In this document: in pieces, positions 7,716-18,226 of the stretch
Layout of the letters: each line of letters begins with the position of its first letter
Numbering within the stretch: position 1 is the stretch's first letter
Notes under the pieces: generated by a model
The model's input: the letters and a program-made list of their open reading frames with translations, nothing else
What the model was told of the DNA's origin: nothing
Database searches by the model: none
Made by a program: the position numbers and the translations under genes
Source of the DNA: an uncultured Cytophagales bacterium
GTDB lineage: Bacteria; Bacteroidota; Bacteroidia; Cytophagales; Cyclobacteriaceae
DNA: 64,000 nt
Assembly (NCBI GenBank): GCA_964514385.1
Contig: CAZEQJ010000011.1
Location: 14,295-78,294, forward strand
Reading direction: 5' to 3'

Positions 7716-9154
7716 AGTGTATTTCTTTCCAGTAGTTTTTCTTTGACCACGAATTTATGCATAAATTCTTTAGCTTCCTGATAATCATTACGGATTCGCC
7801 CTTCTAATATTGCTTCACGTATCTCCTCCTTAATAATGCCTACGATTTTGCCTGGCTGTATATTGAACGTAACCATAATCTCCTCACCAGAGATGGGAGG
7901 TTGAAAACTCCTCAGCCGGTCTTTTTCTTCCACCAGCTTCATTTTCTGTTCTACCAGGTCGAAATTGCGGAGGTATTTTTTTACCCTGAAGTCATTTTTT
8001 GAAGTAATATCGGCACGGCAAAGCATCATCAGATCGTCAATATCCTCGCCTGCCTCATACAGCAGCCTCCTTACCGCAGTATCGGTTACTTCACTCTTCA
8101 CCAGCGCTATAGGGCGCAAATGCAATCGCACAAGCTTCTGAACGTATTTCAATCTATGGTCCATAGGCAGTTTGAGGCGACGGAAAATACCCGGTACCAT
8201 TCGTGCACCCTTGTCTTCATGGCCATGAAAGGTCCACCCTGCTTTGGGATGAAATCGTTTGGTAGGCGGCTTTGCTATATCGTGCAACAAGGCAGCCCAG
8301 CGCAAAAAGAGGTCGTCTGTGTGTTCTGAAAGATTATCCAACACCTGCAGGGTATGGTAAAAATTGTCCTTATGGCGTTTACCATTGCGTTCTTCCACCC
8401 CATGCAAGGCCACCAACTCGGGAAAGAACTGATGCAACAGCCCTAGATGGAATGCAAGACTCAAGCCATAGCTAGGCTTTGGGCTGCTCATGATCTTATT
8501 GAATTCATCAATAATTCGTTCGGCAGATACGATTTTTAAACGTTCAGCTTCCTGCTGTATACCTGCAGCCGTCAATGGCTCAATATCAAAGCCAAGCTGC
8601 GAGGCAAACCGAACAGCCCGCATCATACGCAGCGGGTCATCAGAAAAAGTGCGGGATGGGTCAAGTGGCGTTCTGAGTAATTTTTTGTCAAGGTCCTTTA
8701 GCCCGTCAAACGGGTCGATGAGCTGACCGAGATTTTCCATATTCAACGATATGGCCATGGCATTGATAGTAAAATCACGCCGCTTCTGATCGTCTTCAAT
8801 GGTGCCTTCCTCAACTGCAGGCTTACGTGAATCTTCGTTGTAGGACTCTTTGCGGGCTCCCACGAACTCTACCTCCCAGTCCCCAATCCGGATCATGGCA
8901 GTACCGAATCGCTTAAATATAGCAATTTCCCCCTTTTTGCCCAGTTTTTGATGAATTGCTCCAGCCAATTCAATGCCGCTGCCTTCTGTCACAATATCAA
9001 TATCCTTTGACGTTCTTCCCAGTATGAGGTCACGCACATAGCCGCCTACCACAAATGCAGGGCGTCCGAGATTTTTCACCTCCCGGACAATGGTATCAAG
9101 CCCATCAATTTCACGTAACTCCGCTGAAAAATTACGATGCTGCATATGCTCCAT
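7712..9154 (-). CDS. cca: CCA-adding tRNA nucleotidyltransferase with HD domain
   Basis: GGYVRDLILGR..KDIDIV polymerase-beta head motif and the HD motif LLHDIAKP. Confidence 0.8.
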   Translation of the reverse strand: MEHMQHRNFSAELREIDGLDTIVREVKNLGRPAFVVGGYVRDLILGRTSKDIDIVTEGSGIELAGAIHQKLGKKGEIAIFKRFGTAMIRIGDWEVEFVGARKESYNEDSRKPAVEEGTIEDDQKRRDFTINAMAISLNMENLGQLIDPFDGLKDLDKKLLRTPLDPSRTFSDDPLRMMRAVRFASQLGFDIEPLTAAGIQQEAERLKIVSAERIIDEFNKIMSSPKPSYGLSLAFHLGLLHQFFPELVALHGVEERNGKRHKDNFYHTLQVLDNLSEHTDDLFLRWAALLHDIAKPPTKRFHPKAGWTFHGHEDKGARMVPGIFRRLKLPMDHRLKYVQKLVRLHLRPIALVKSEVTDTAVRRLLYEAGEDIDDLMMLCRADITSKNDFRVKKYLRNFDLVEQKMKLVEEKDRLRSFQPPISGEEIMVTFNIQPGKIVGIIKEEIREAILEGRIRNDYQEAKEFMHKFVVKEKLLERNTL

Positions 9155-9179
9155 GCCGCAAAGGTAAGGATTAAACTAT

Positions 9180-10184
9180 TTACAGGTTCATAAATGCAGG
9201 ACAGGGAAGCACTTTATCCTTCTTTTTTACCCTGTGCGATTCGGGTAATTTAAGGTTGTACTGAAGACTTAATTCATGAGCTCCACCTGAGGCAACACTT
9301 AAGCGTGAGATGGTAAAGTCGAAGCTGTAACCAAAGTCAATATCCAACCAGTGTACCCCGAAAACAAATACTATCGCATCACGACTGAATTCTTCATTAA
9401 AGTCTGTCTTGAAAATCGGAGCTCCCCGAAACCAAAGTCCACAGGTGATAGGCTCATAAAGAAAATGAACACCGACATCAAGCTGTGAGAAATTGCCCTG
9501 CTGCTGATATACGAAAGAGGGCGCAAGTGAAGAAATGACATCTTTTTCACGAATTCCGCGGTAAAGCGGAATACGGGTACCGCCGTGGATGGAAAATTTG
9601 GCAGGCAGCCTGCTTTCAACGGTAAGCAGCGACTGATTGGGCTGATTAAGGTGCCAGCCGGAAATACCAAGCCAGTATTTTTTGCTGTAAATAACTATCC
9701 CCGTGGCAATGTCTATCCATTGTGATGTGCGCAAAGCCCTGGATGCAGGGTCGTCTGTACCCCCGTTCCGGCCCAGCTGATCACCAAAAATCGCCTTATT
9801 GATATCAAGTCCACGACTTCCGACGCCAAAATACAATCCCGGGCTGAATACGATTTTCTGGTTGAGCTGCAACTTATAAGAGTATAACAGCCCTCCCTGT
9901 GTAGTAGTCTGTCCGGCTGACCCTGCCTGATCAGCATTGAGCAAGATACCTAAACCGCTGCGGATATCCTCTAAATTGTAGTCATAGGAAAAAGCATAGG
10001 TATTGAATGCCCGTGGCAGACTGGGCCACTGCAGACGCATATTGGCAATGAAACGGTGATTCTCCGTTGCTCCGGCAAAACCGGGATTGAGGTAAAGAGG
10101 GGCCGCATAATACTGAGAGAAATGCGGATCCTGTGCCAGGCAGGCGAAAGATATAAAACACAAACCTACTAATTTCTTTATCAT
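9180..10184 (-). CDS. PorP/SprF-family type IX secretion outer-membrane protein
   Basis: Signal peptide, then the family signature QDPHFSQYYAAPLYLNPGFAG. ATGA overlap with the upstream cargo gene. Confidence 0.85.
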   Translation of the reverse strand: MIKKLVGLCFISFACLAQDPHFSQYYAAPLYLNPGFAGATENHRFIANMRLQWPSLPRAFNTYAFSYDYNLEDIRSGLGILLNADQAGSAGQTTTQGGLLYSYKLQLNQKIVFSPGLYFGVGSRGLDINKAIFGDQLGRNGGTDDPASRALRTSQWIDIATGIVIYSKKYWLGISGWHLNQPNQSLLTVESRLPAKFSIHGGTRIPLYRGIREKDVISSLAPSFVYQQQGNFSQLDVGVHFLYEPITCGLWFRGAPIFKTDFNEEFSRDAIVFVFGVHWLDIDFGYSFDFTISRLSVASGGAHELSLQYNLKLPESHRVKKKDKVLPCPAFMNL

Positions 10185-13100
10185 CGCAGCAATGTTACAT
10201 CTCCAACCCTGATTTCCTCACGACCACTCGAAAAGCGTATATCCAACTTGTATACGTAGACACCCTGTGGGCTTAGCCGACCATTCTTATCGTACCCGTC
10301 CCATCCCTGATCTATTGAGTTACTTTCAAAGATTAGTTCTCCCCAGCGGTTGTAGATCAACATATTGAATTCTTCAACGCCTTCCAGATCCGGAATGAAT
10401 ACATTATTGTTCGAACCGGGCCCTGAACCTGCACCATTCCCGACAAAACCTCCTGATGGCCCGTCAAAGCTGGGTGTGAAAATATTAGGCACTCTGATAG
10501 TCCCTCCATCCAGCACTGTTACAGCAGCATCTACTACGAGTGTGTCGATACATCCCCGGTCGCTTTCAGAAATCAGCGTGATGTCATAGGTGCCGGTTTC
10601 TTCATAAATGTGTACCGGCTCGGGTTGTGTATAAATATTGCCGTCACCAAAATCCCATTGAAAAAAGGAGGCATCAAGCGATAAGTTGGTGGTATACACC
10701 GGGTCGAAAGGTACATACACTGTATCCGGATTGACCTGAAAAACAGATCTGGGAGTTACAAAAACTTCGATGACCTCCTCCTTCACTTCGATATCAGTAT
10801 CCCCGGCCGGATTTGATGCAGTAAGTGAAACAGTATATCTGCCCGGCTCATTGTAGGTGTACACCGGGCTAACTGCAGTACTGCTGCCGACACCATCTCC
10901 AAAATTCCATACGTAAGAATCAGGGTCAGTGGAAATACTCAGGTTTTCAAATTCTACCGTAAGCGGTGCACAGCCTGAGTTTGGCGTAAAGGCAAAATTC
11001 ACATTTGGCTCTACTGCCAGTATACGGACAGTTCGTCTGCGCGAGGCACGGCATTGATCACTTTCTATGGTTAATGTAATTTGAAATTCACCAAAAGTAC
11101 CATATTCGAAGGGCGGAGGTGTACGAACAAATGCCGAATCTCTGTCATTTCCGAAGTCCCATGTATAATTGAAATCACCATCCACAGAGTTGTTGGTAAA
11201 TGTAACCGTGCTCTCAGGCAACTCCTGTACCAGTGGGTCAACACTGAATATGGGGGTGACATCCGGAAACACCTTGATCTGCTGCACTGTATCATCAAAA
11301 CATCCGTCTATTGTACTTACAGCCAGCCGGATATCGTATAGTTTTGCTTCAGCTGTATTATTTTCCAGCTCGAAACCACTTGGAATTACAGATGATGGTC
11401 CATATAGACGTTCATTCGTTTCAGTGTCAATGATGAACCATGTTTTGGTATCAATCACAGACTGATTTGTGCTGTTTTCAACAAAAATGGGAATTAACGG
11501 AGCGCATCCACTATCCAGGTTGCTTCTGAACCCTGCCATGGTAACCGGGTTGACCCGAATGGAAAAGGTCGTATCCAGCAGGCAGTTCTCTTCTTCTGCA
11601 ATAAATGTCACCAGATAATTGCCCGGCTCCTCATATTGTACCCCAAAATCATTATTTATGTTTCCTGAGGTAATCGAAACCGTATCTCTGCCGTTATTAC
11701 CTCTTCTTTGCAGAAAATAATAGGTGACACCGGGCCCAAAACCTGTGGAATTGTTTGAAAAATTCAGGATATCGGGAGGACAGATATTGTCCTGTTGCGC
11801 TTCCACCTCAAGGAGACGAGGAGATCTTCCCGGGATCGTAACCGTTCTGGTGACAACTTCACTCTGGCAGTTTACATTATTTCTTGTCTGAAGCTGTACT
11901 TCTATTGTGTTATCAGATGTCAGCTGCGGATATTCGGCGGTAAACTCACCGTCAAATACTATGAAGTTTTCGTTTGAAGGGCTTTCATTAAATGTCCAGT
12001 CATACCTGCTCGCAGGGAGCCCGGCTTCCTCTGCTTCAATTGATATTTCAACGAAATCACACTCGAGACGGCTGATTTCGGCGTTAAATTCACCTGAAGG
12101 TACCGGATTTACCCGTATGGTCAGTACAGAATCACGAAAGCAAACATTGTTTTTATTCGCCGATAAATTAATCCTGAAATCCCGGACAAATGAGGAATCA
12201 TTTTCAAACAAAAAATTGTAGTCGGTATCGCTGGCATTCTGCACTTCTTCAGATATGGTGTCATTTTCACCAATAATAGTCCATACATATTCATCGGGAT
12301 TAAGGGCCTGCGTATTGGCATCAACCTGAAAATTGACTTCTACCGGAGAGCAGTTTTGAGCAAAAATATCATAATCGATATCGCTAAAACCAAGCTTTGG
12401 TGCCGGGAAAACCGTAATTTGCAATGTGTCCGCTCCGGCAGTGCAGCCGTTGGAAGTTTCAGCAAGCATCGTGACGCTGAATAACCTGTCTGACTCGGTA
12501 TTATTGACAAAAGTACGGGCAAAAACAGAATCGGTAAATTGCTGCACCGAGTCAACAATGAAGCCGCCACCGCTATCCACAAACCATCGGTACACTGTGG
12601 ATGAATCGACGTTCTGATTCTGACTTTCATTACTGAATAGTATACTAAGGTCTGTACACCCTTGTAGCGTATCTGCAATGAAAACCGATTCCGGTAAGGG
12701 GTAAACTTCGTAATTCAGGCTGATGGTATCGGTACACCCAATGGATGATTCCGCAACCAGCCCGGCTACATAATTTCCTGATGCAGAAGGCTCTGTATTG
12801 ACTGAGGCAAGAACTGTGGCCGTATCAGCAATAAAGGCACCATTCTGATCAAAATCCCAATACAGCGTATCTACAGTGGCTCCGGCAAAACTAACTACAG
12901 TCGAATTACTCATAAAGGAAAGTGCCTGATCCTCACATATGCTATTCACCTGAGCTGACGCTACAGGAGGGTTATCTATAATAAATGAAACCGAGTCGAC
13001 TGTAAAACATTCATTGGCAGAATCGATCTTAAATAACCTTACCTGATAGATGCCCGCATCAGAAAAGTCACCAAAATCAACTCCTGTGCGCAGCGACGCT

Positions 13101-14497
13101 GTCTGTGTGTCTGAAAAAAAGCCCGCAGATGGTATCGAAAAGTCACTTCCATCAGGAAATTCAACCTCCCAACGCCATGAAGGGTTAATGTTTTCATCAG
13201 TAGTACTATCTGCAAAAATGATATCATACGGAGTGTCGATAAAGCAATTCTCCAGCGGTGCATCTGCAAGGGTATTGCCATCAAGTGTGGCAATTCTGGC
13301 AATATCATTGGGTGCCATACGCACATATAGACTATCTATTGCCTCGCATGCGCCAAAGGCATCCTGATCACTGACAATCAACCTTACTTTCTTTACGCCC
13401 GGCGTGTTAAAGGTGAAGGAAGGATTCGCATTATTGCTTGTAGCTTCCAGACTCGTACCTAGTGAATCGCTGTAAAATTCGTAGGTATATTGGAGATCAC
13501 CTCCTCCTACGATAACATTACTTGTAAAATTTATCTCCTCTCCCAGACAGAAAATATTGGTCGGGTCGTTTGTCTCAATCTCAACTACGGGAGCGTCTAC
13601 TATGATTATCTGTGCTGTAATGTCTACGAACATATTATCACCATTAACCGGATCACCCGGGTTCAGCGGATCGCCATCAAGCAGATCATCGTCATAAGGA
13701 TTACAAATATTCCAGTTGCGTAGTGTTACCTCAAACAATTCACCAGGTGTTGCCGTGGCGGGTATGGTAATCTGAAATGATTCAGCATCGGATGCAAATA
13801 ACTGGTTATCTGCATCATTCTGGTATTCAACAGGCCCAGTGTAGGGTGCATCTCCACTATTCAGGGTGACAGCTCCGCCCGGATCGTCCACTACCACCCC
13901 GTTAATATCAGAGCCGCCTGTGTTATACAGAAACTGCGTCCACCGGTTAGCTCCGTTTGCTACTTCAGGTTCTGTAGCCGGCGGCACGCAATTAAATCTG
14001 GAGTTGTCAGTAAAACTGAGGGTAACTTGATTGCCTGCACATACAAGATACTGCTGAGGGTTGATCCTTAATTGTCCGCTGTTGGTGTCGTCGTTGTCCC
14101 ACACAATGATGGACGATTCAATTGCGTTATCATCACAACGTACACCGTCCAGTATCAGTGTTGCTACTGCCTCGTATATACACTGATCGTCGTTATTATC
14201 ATAGATATGAGTTCCAAAGGTGCCCCAGCGGGCACCAAATGCATTAGAGCTGATAAAATTAGCCGGAAGTATATCGACCGATCCGTCACCCCAGTCAAAT
14301 TCAATCTCTACAGTGGCAACTGTCAGAGGTATACGATTCCACGAAACGTCAAAAGAAATGACATTCAATGGTGCACAAATCCCGGAGGATTCGATATTGA
14401 ATGAGCGGTCGGGGTTGTTGGGACATTGGGCAAATGTCTTTAAATCCGAACATAATACGACTAGGCATACAGATAATAGTATATGCTTTACTTTCAT
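10181..14497 (-). CDS. large PKD-repeat cell-surface protein with a T9SS type-B C-terminal sorting domain
   Basis: About 10 PKD-like modules (W.FGDG...S....P.H.Y...G.Y.V.L). C-terminus VPNIFTPSFDG...FNMLIYNRWGELIFES...GWDGY...GVYVYKL matches the gliding-motility CTD (type B). Confidence 0.85.
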   Translation of the reverse strand: MKVKHILLSVCLVVLCSDLKTFAQCPNNPDRSFNIESSGICAPLNVISFDVSWNRIPLTVATVEIEFDWGDGSVDILPANFISSNAFGARWGTFGTHIYDNNDDQCIYEAVATLILDGVRCDDNAIESSIIVWDNDDTNSGQLRINPQQYLVCAGNQVTLSFTDNSRFNCVPPATEPEVANGANRWTQFLYNTGGSDINGVVVDDPGGAVTLNSGDAPYTGPVEYQNDADNQLFASDAESFQITIPATATPGELFEVTLRNWNICNPYDDDLLDGDPLNPGDPVNGDNMFVDITAQIIIVDAPVVEIETNDPTNIFCLGEEINFTSNVIVGGGDLQYTYEFYSDSLGTSLEATSNNANPSFTFNTPGVKKVRLIVSDQDAFGACEAIDSLYVRMAPNDIARIATLDGNTLADAPLENCFIDTPYDIIFADSTTDENINPSWRWEVEFPDGSDFSIPSAGFFSDTQTASLRTGVDFGDFSDAGIYQVRLFKIDSANECFTVDSVSFIIDNPPVASAQVNSICEDQALSFMSNSTVVSFAGATVDTLYWDFDQNGAFIADTATVLASVNTEPSASGNYVAGLVAESSIGCTDTISLNYEVYPLPESVFIADTLQGCTDLSILFSNESQNQNVDSSTVYRWFVDSGGGFIVDSVQQFTDSVFARTFVNNTESDRLFSVTMLAETSNGCTAGADTLQITVFPAPKLGFSDIDYDIFAQNCSPVEVNFQVDANTQALNPDEYVWTIIGENDTISEEVQNASDTDYNFLFENDSSFVRDFRINLSANKNNVCFRDSVLTIRVNPVPSGEFNAEISRLECDFVEISIEAEEAGLPASRYDWTFNESPSNENFIVFDGEFTAEYPQLTSDNTIEVQLQTRNNVNCQSEVVTRTVTIPGRSPRLLEVEAQQDNICPPDILNFSNNSTGFGPGVTYYFLQRRGNNGRDTVSITSGNINNDFGVQYEEPGNYLVTFIAEEENCLLDTTFSIRVNPVTMAGFRSNLDSGCAPLIPIFVENSTNQSVIDTKTWFIIDTETNERLYGPSSVIPSGFELENNTAEAKLYDIRLAVSTIDGCFDDTVQQIKVFPDVTPIFSVDPLVQELPESTVTFTNNSVDGDFNYTWDFGNDRDSAFVRTPPPFEYGTFGEFQITLTIESDQCRASRRRTVRILAVEPNVNFAFTPNSGCAPLTVEFENLSISTDPDSYVWNFGDGVGSSTAVSPVYTYNEPGRYTVSLTASNPAGDTDIEVKEEVIEVFVTPRSVFQVNPDTVYVPFDPVYTTNLSLDASFFQWDFGDGNIYTQPEPVHIYEETGTYDITLISESDRGCIDTLVVDAAVTVLDGGTIRVPNIFTPSFDGPSGGFVGNGAGSGPGSNNNVFIPDLEGVEEFNMLIYNRWGELIFESNSIDQGWDGYDKNGRLSPQGVYVYKLDIRFSSGREEIRVGDVTLLR

Positions 14498-14620
14498 AGC
14501 TGATTATTATACTATTCGTATAATAAATATAAAATTATGAAGACTGATTTAGTTTTCCAACTATTTCCGATCATTTAAATATTTATGCTGCTGAATGGGT
14601 AATAATTAAGATTCATGCCC

Positions 14621-14628
14621 TACCTTTG
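14621..14628 (+). promoter_or_regulatory. Bacteroidota -7 promoter box upstream of pyrG
   Basis: TACCTTTG matches TAnnTTTG and lies 14 nt upstream of the pyrG ATG. Confidence 0.4.
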
Positions 14629-14641
14629 TATCCCATAAGTC

Positions 14642-16279
14642 ATGAAAAAAGAGCTTGTGGACACCAAATATATTTTTGTTACCGGAGGCGTTACTTCCTC
14701 CCTGGGGAAGGGTATAATCTCGGCATCTCTGGGAAAACTATTACAGGCACGGGGCTACCGGGTGACGATCCAGAAATTTGATCCTTATATCAATATTGAC
14801 CCTGGCACATTGAATCCCTATGAGCATGGAGAATGCTATGTAACCGACGATGGCGCTGAAACCGACCTGGATCTCGGGCATTATGAGCGTTTTCTCAATA
14901 TTACGACATCACAGGCTAACAATGTGACGACGGGGCGTATTTATTTTAACGTCATCAGCAAGGAACGCAAAGGTGATTATCTGGGTAAAACCGTACAGGT
15001 TATCCCGCATATTACCGACGAGATCAAAGCAAATATTTTTTCCCTCGGTAAAACAGGAGACTATGACATCATCATTACCGAAATCGGAGGATGTGTCGGA
15101 GATATCGAGTCCCTTCCTTTTATTGAAGCCGTGCGGCAGGCTCGATGGGATCTTGGCCCAAGCAACTTTGTCGTCATACATTTAACACTTGTACCCTACC
15201 TTAAAGCTGCCGGCGAAATCAAAACCAAACCTACACAACACAGTGTAAAACAACTACTGGAAGAAGGTATTCAGCCTGATGTATTGGTTTGCCGGACGGA
15301 GAAGAAACTGGGGCCTGATATTCGAAAGAAGCTGGCGTTATTCTGTAATGTGAATTACAATTCCGTCATTGAGGCGATGGATGCTGAGAGCATCTATGAT
15401 GTGCCGCTGGCAATGAGAAAAGAGAAGCTGGATGAGCGTGTTTTGGTGAAGCTAAAATTACCCCATAAGACAGAGCCGGATATTTCAGAGTGGAAGGAAT
15501 TTCTCGGACGTCTGAAAAATCCGACAGCTGAAGTGAAAATCGGGTTGATCGGAAAATATGTGGAGTTGCCAGATGCCTATAAATCCATCATGGAGTCGTT
15601 TATCCATGCCAGTGCCGAAAATGAATGCCGCGTAAACGTCACCTCTATATCATCTGAAACAATCAATGACGAAAATGTCGGAAAACTATTTGAAGGCCTC
15701 GACGGGATATTAGTTGCGCCGGGTTTTGGCGAGCGGGGTATCGAAGGTAAAATTGCAGCTATAAAATACGCCAGAGAAAATCTTATCCCGTTTTTTGGCA
15801 TTTGCCTTGGTTTGCAATGTGCCATAATGGAATTTGGAAGAAATGTACTCGGGTTAAAGGACGCTTACAGCACTGAAATTAAACCAAAGGCTAAAGACCC
15901 CGTTATTCATTTGATGCATGAGCAGCGTAATATCAAGGAAAAAGGTGGCACTATGCGTCTTGGTTCTTATGCCTGTGCGTTAAAAAAGCAGTCAAAAGTG
16001 TCTCAGGTATACGGTAAAAATAACATTGAAGAGCGCCACAGGCATCGTTATGAGTTCAACAACGACTACCTGGAGCAATACGAGAAGGCGGGCTTCATGG
16101 CTACCGGTAAAAACCCGGATAAGAATCTGGTTGAAATTATGGAACTCCGGGACCACCCATGGTTTATCGGCACACAATTTCATCCGGAACTAAAAAGTAC
16201 AGTACAGAATCCACATCCGCTGTTCGTATCATTTGTGAAAGCAGCACTAGAAAATAAAAAAGTTAATTTAGAAAATTAA
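14642..16279 (+). CDS. pyrG: CTP synthase
   Basis: [18 protein letters not shown]-terminus and the glutaminase GICLGLQ nucleophile motif; 545 aa. Confidence 0.97.
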   Translation: MKKELVDTKYIFVTGGVTSSLGKGIISASLGKLLQARGYRVTIQKFDPYINIDPGTLNPYEHGECYVTDDGAETDLDLGHYERFLNITTSQANNVTTGRIYFNVISKERKGDYLGKTVQVIPHITDEIKANIFSLGKTGDYDIIITEIGGCVGDIESLPFIEAVRQARWDLGPSNFVVIHLTLVPYLKAAGEIKTKPTQHSVKQLLEEGIQPDVLVCRTEKKLGPDIRKKLALFCNVNYNSVIEAMDAESIYDVPLAMRKEKLDERVLVKLKLPHKTEPDISEWKEFLGRLKNPTAEVKIGLIGKYVELPDAYKSIMESFIHASAENECRVNVTSISSETINDENVGKLFEGLDGILVAPGFGERGIEGKIAAIKYARENLIPFFGICLGLQCAIMEFGRNVLGLKDAYSTEIKPKAKDPVIHLMHEQRNIKEKGGTMRLGSYACALKKQSKVSQVYGKNNIEERHRHRYEFNNDYLEQYEKAGFMATGKNPDKNLVEIMELRDHPWFIGTQFHPELKSTVQNPHPLFVSFVKAALENKKVNLEN

Positions 16280-16281
16280 AA

Positions 16282-18114
16282 ATGGATAGAAACCAGGCAA
16301 TCGGATTGGTCATCATGACCGGTTTGTTATTTGTGTACTTCTTTTTTCTTGCTCCTCAGCCGGAAAAAAACGTACCTGGTACAATAGTTTCAGATTCTAC
16401 AACGACATCATCATCTGTGGATACCTCAGGCACGGATCCCGTTGCTGAAAATCAGGAGGAGCTACTACCCGACAGCCTAAGAACGGCCATGCTGCAAAGT
16501 AAATATGGTCCTTTTGCATCTGCAGCTTCCGGTGAGGAGCGGGAGATAACCATAGAAAACATTGATATTATCGCCCGGTTTTCTACCAAAGGCGGCTACC
16601 TCAAATATGTAGAATTAAAAAATTTCAAAACTTATAATCAGGAGCCTCTGGTACTTCTGGATGAAGAACACAGTGAGATAGATATTGAAGCTACAACGCC
16701 CAATGGTTTTGTGAATCTTTCCGAACTATATTTCACTACCAATGCTGGTAACAGAGTAATTTCAGAAGACGACAGCTATACATTTGACCTTACGCTTACT
16801 ACGAGTACCGGTGGATCGCTGACATATCGATATACCATACCGGGTACAGGTTACAAAATCGGATATGAAATCATGACCAGTAACATGGGAAATGTATTGC
16901 GTGAGCCTCTGGCCTTCAGATGGGTTAATCATCAAAAGCTTTTTGAGAAAGACATCGAAGATGTGCGGCAGCGGGCAACTGTAAAATGGTCCCTGACAGA
17001 CAGAGATGTCAATAACATCAAGGAAAGGTCGACCTCGGACATTGAAAAAACTGCAGATGGTCCGGTGTTATGGGCCAGCAGTAAGCAGAAATTCTTCAAC
17101 AGCTCAATTCTGTCAGAAGGTGGAGCCCTTACTGGTGGTCAGTTTAAAGTCACTGTAGATGAATCAGATCCTACCGTGGTTAAAACCACGACCATGAACC
17201 TAAACATGGAGTTTGAAAGCTTTGACGATGGGTCCATGAAGCTTGCCTATTTCGTCGGGCCGAATAACTACAAGATGCTCAAAAAAATTGCACCTGAATT
17301 TGAGTCAATCGTGTATCTGGGTTATCCGCTGGTATCATGGGTGAATAAACTGATTATAATTAACATATTCAGCTGGCTGGAATCTTTTATCGGAAACTAT
17401 GGCCTGATTATTTTCATTTTGGTGTTGTTGATAAAGCTGGCCTTGTCGCCATTGTCCTACAGTTCTTATAAATCAACTGCGAAAACCAAGGTGTTGAAGC
17501 CAGAAATTGATGCTATCAAAGCTAAATATGGTGATGATATGCAGAAAGTGCAGCAGGAGCAAATGCAGCTGTATCAGAAAGCCGGTGTCAATCCACTCGC
17601 CGGATGTATTCCATTGCTTTTGCAAATGCCTTTTCTTCTGGCGATGTTTTTCTTTTTCCCAAACAGTATAGAGTTGCGACAGGAGGCATTCCTTTGGGCT
17701 GATGACCTCAGCTCATATGACAGCATTCTTAATCTTCCCTTCACTATTCCGGGGTATGGATCGCATGTGAGCCTATTTACGATTCTGATGACAGCCTCCA
17801 CCATACTTATTACCTGGAGCAATCAGCAGGTGACAACGGTGCAGGGCCCAATGAAATCCCTTTCCTATATCATGCCGCTGGTTTTTATGTTCGTTCTCAA
17901 TAGTTTTCCTGCAGCGTTGAGCTACTATTATTTCGTATCCAACATCGTAACGTTTGGTCAGCAGGCACTTATCAAGCAGTTTATCGACGAAGATAAAATC
18001 AGGAAAATCATGGAAGAAAACCGTAAAAAGAACGCAAATAAGAAGAAATCCGGTTTTCAGGCCAGGCTGGAGCAGGCAATGAAAGCAGCCGAAGAAAACA
18101 AGAAGAAGAAATAA
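16282..18114 (+). CDS. yidC: membrane protein insertase YidC
   Basis: N-terminal TM helix, large periplasmic domain, conserved C-terminal 5-TM core (LLIKLALSPL...QKAGVNPLAGCIPLLLQMP) and a basic tail. Confidence 0.92.
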   Translation: MDRNQAIGLVIMTGLLFVYFFFLAPQPEKNVPGTIVSDSTTTSSSVDTSGTDPVAENQEELLPDSLRTAMLQSKYGPFASAASGEEREITIENIDIIARFSTKGGYLKYVELKNFKTYNQEPLVLLDEEHSEIDIEATTPNGFVNLSELYFTTNAGNRVISEDDSYTFDLTLTTSTGGSLTYRYTIPGTGYKIGYEIMTSNMGNVLREPLAFRWVNHQKLFEKDIEDVRQRATVKWSLTDRDVNNIKERSTSDIEKTADGPVLWASSKQKFFNSSILSEGGALTGGQFKVTVDESDPTVVKTTTMNLNMEFESFDDGSMKLAYFVGPNNYKMLKKIAPEFESIVYLGYPLVSWVNKLIIINIFSWLESFIGNYGLIIFILVLLIKLALSPLSYSSYKSTAKTKVLKPEIDAIKAKYGDDMQKVQQEQMQLYQKAGVNPLAGCIPLLLQMPFLLAMFFFFPNSIELRQEAFLWADDLSSYDSILNLPFTIPGYGSHVSLFTILMTASTILITWSNQQVTTVQGPMKSLSYIMPLVFMFVLNSFPAALSYYYFVSNIVTFGQQALIKQFIDEDKIRKIMEENRKKNANKKKSGFQARLEQAMKAAEENKKKK

Positions 18115-18120
18115 AAAAAA

Positions 18121-18142
18121 AGTCCGGAAAACCGGACTTTTA
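18121..18142 (+). terminator. rho-independent terminator after yidC
   Basis: Stem AGTCCGG, loop AAAA, stem CCGGACT, followed by TTTT and preceded by an A-run (potentially bidirectional). Confidence 0.7.
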
Positions 18143-18226
18143 ATTTACTAAACCCACACGTATTGACCAGTTCAACGGTCTAACGCTATCTGAATAACGA
18201 ATATACGAAACTATTGTTGTATTTGA

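Noticed and set aside
10181-14497. Repetitive structure considered as a DNA tandem repeat or CRISPR-like array
   Set aside because: The repetition is at the protein-domain level (diverged PKD modules). By eye I saw no near-identical nucleotide repeats with regular spacers.
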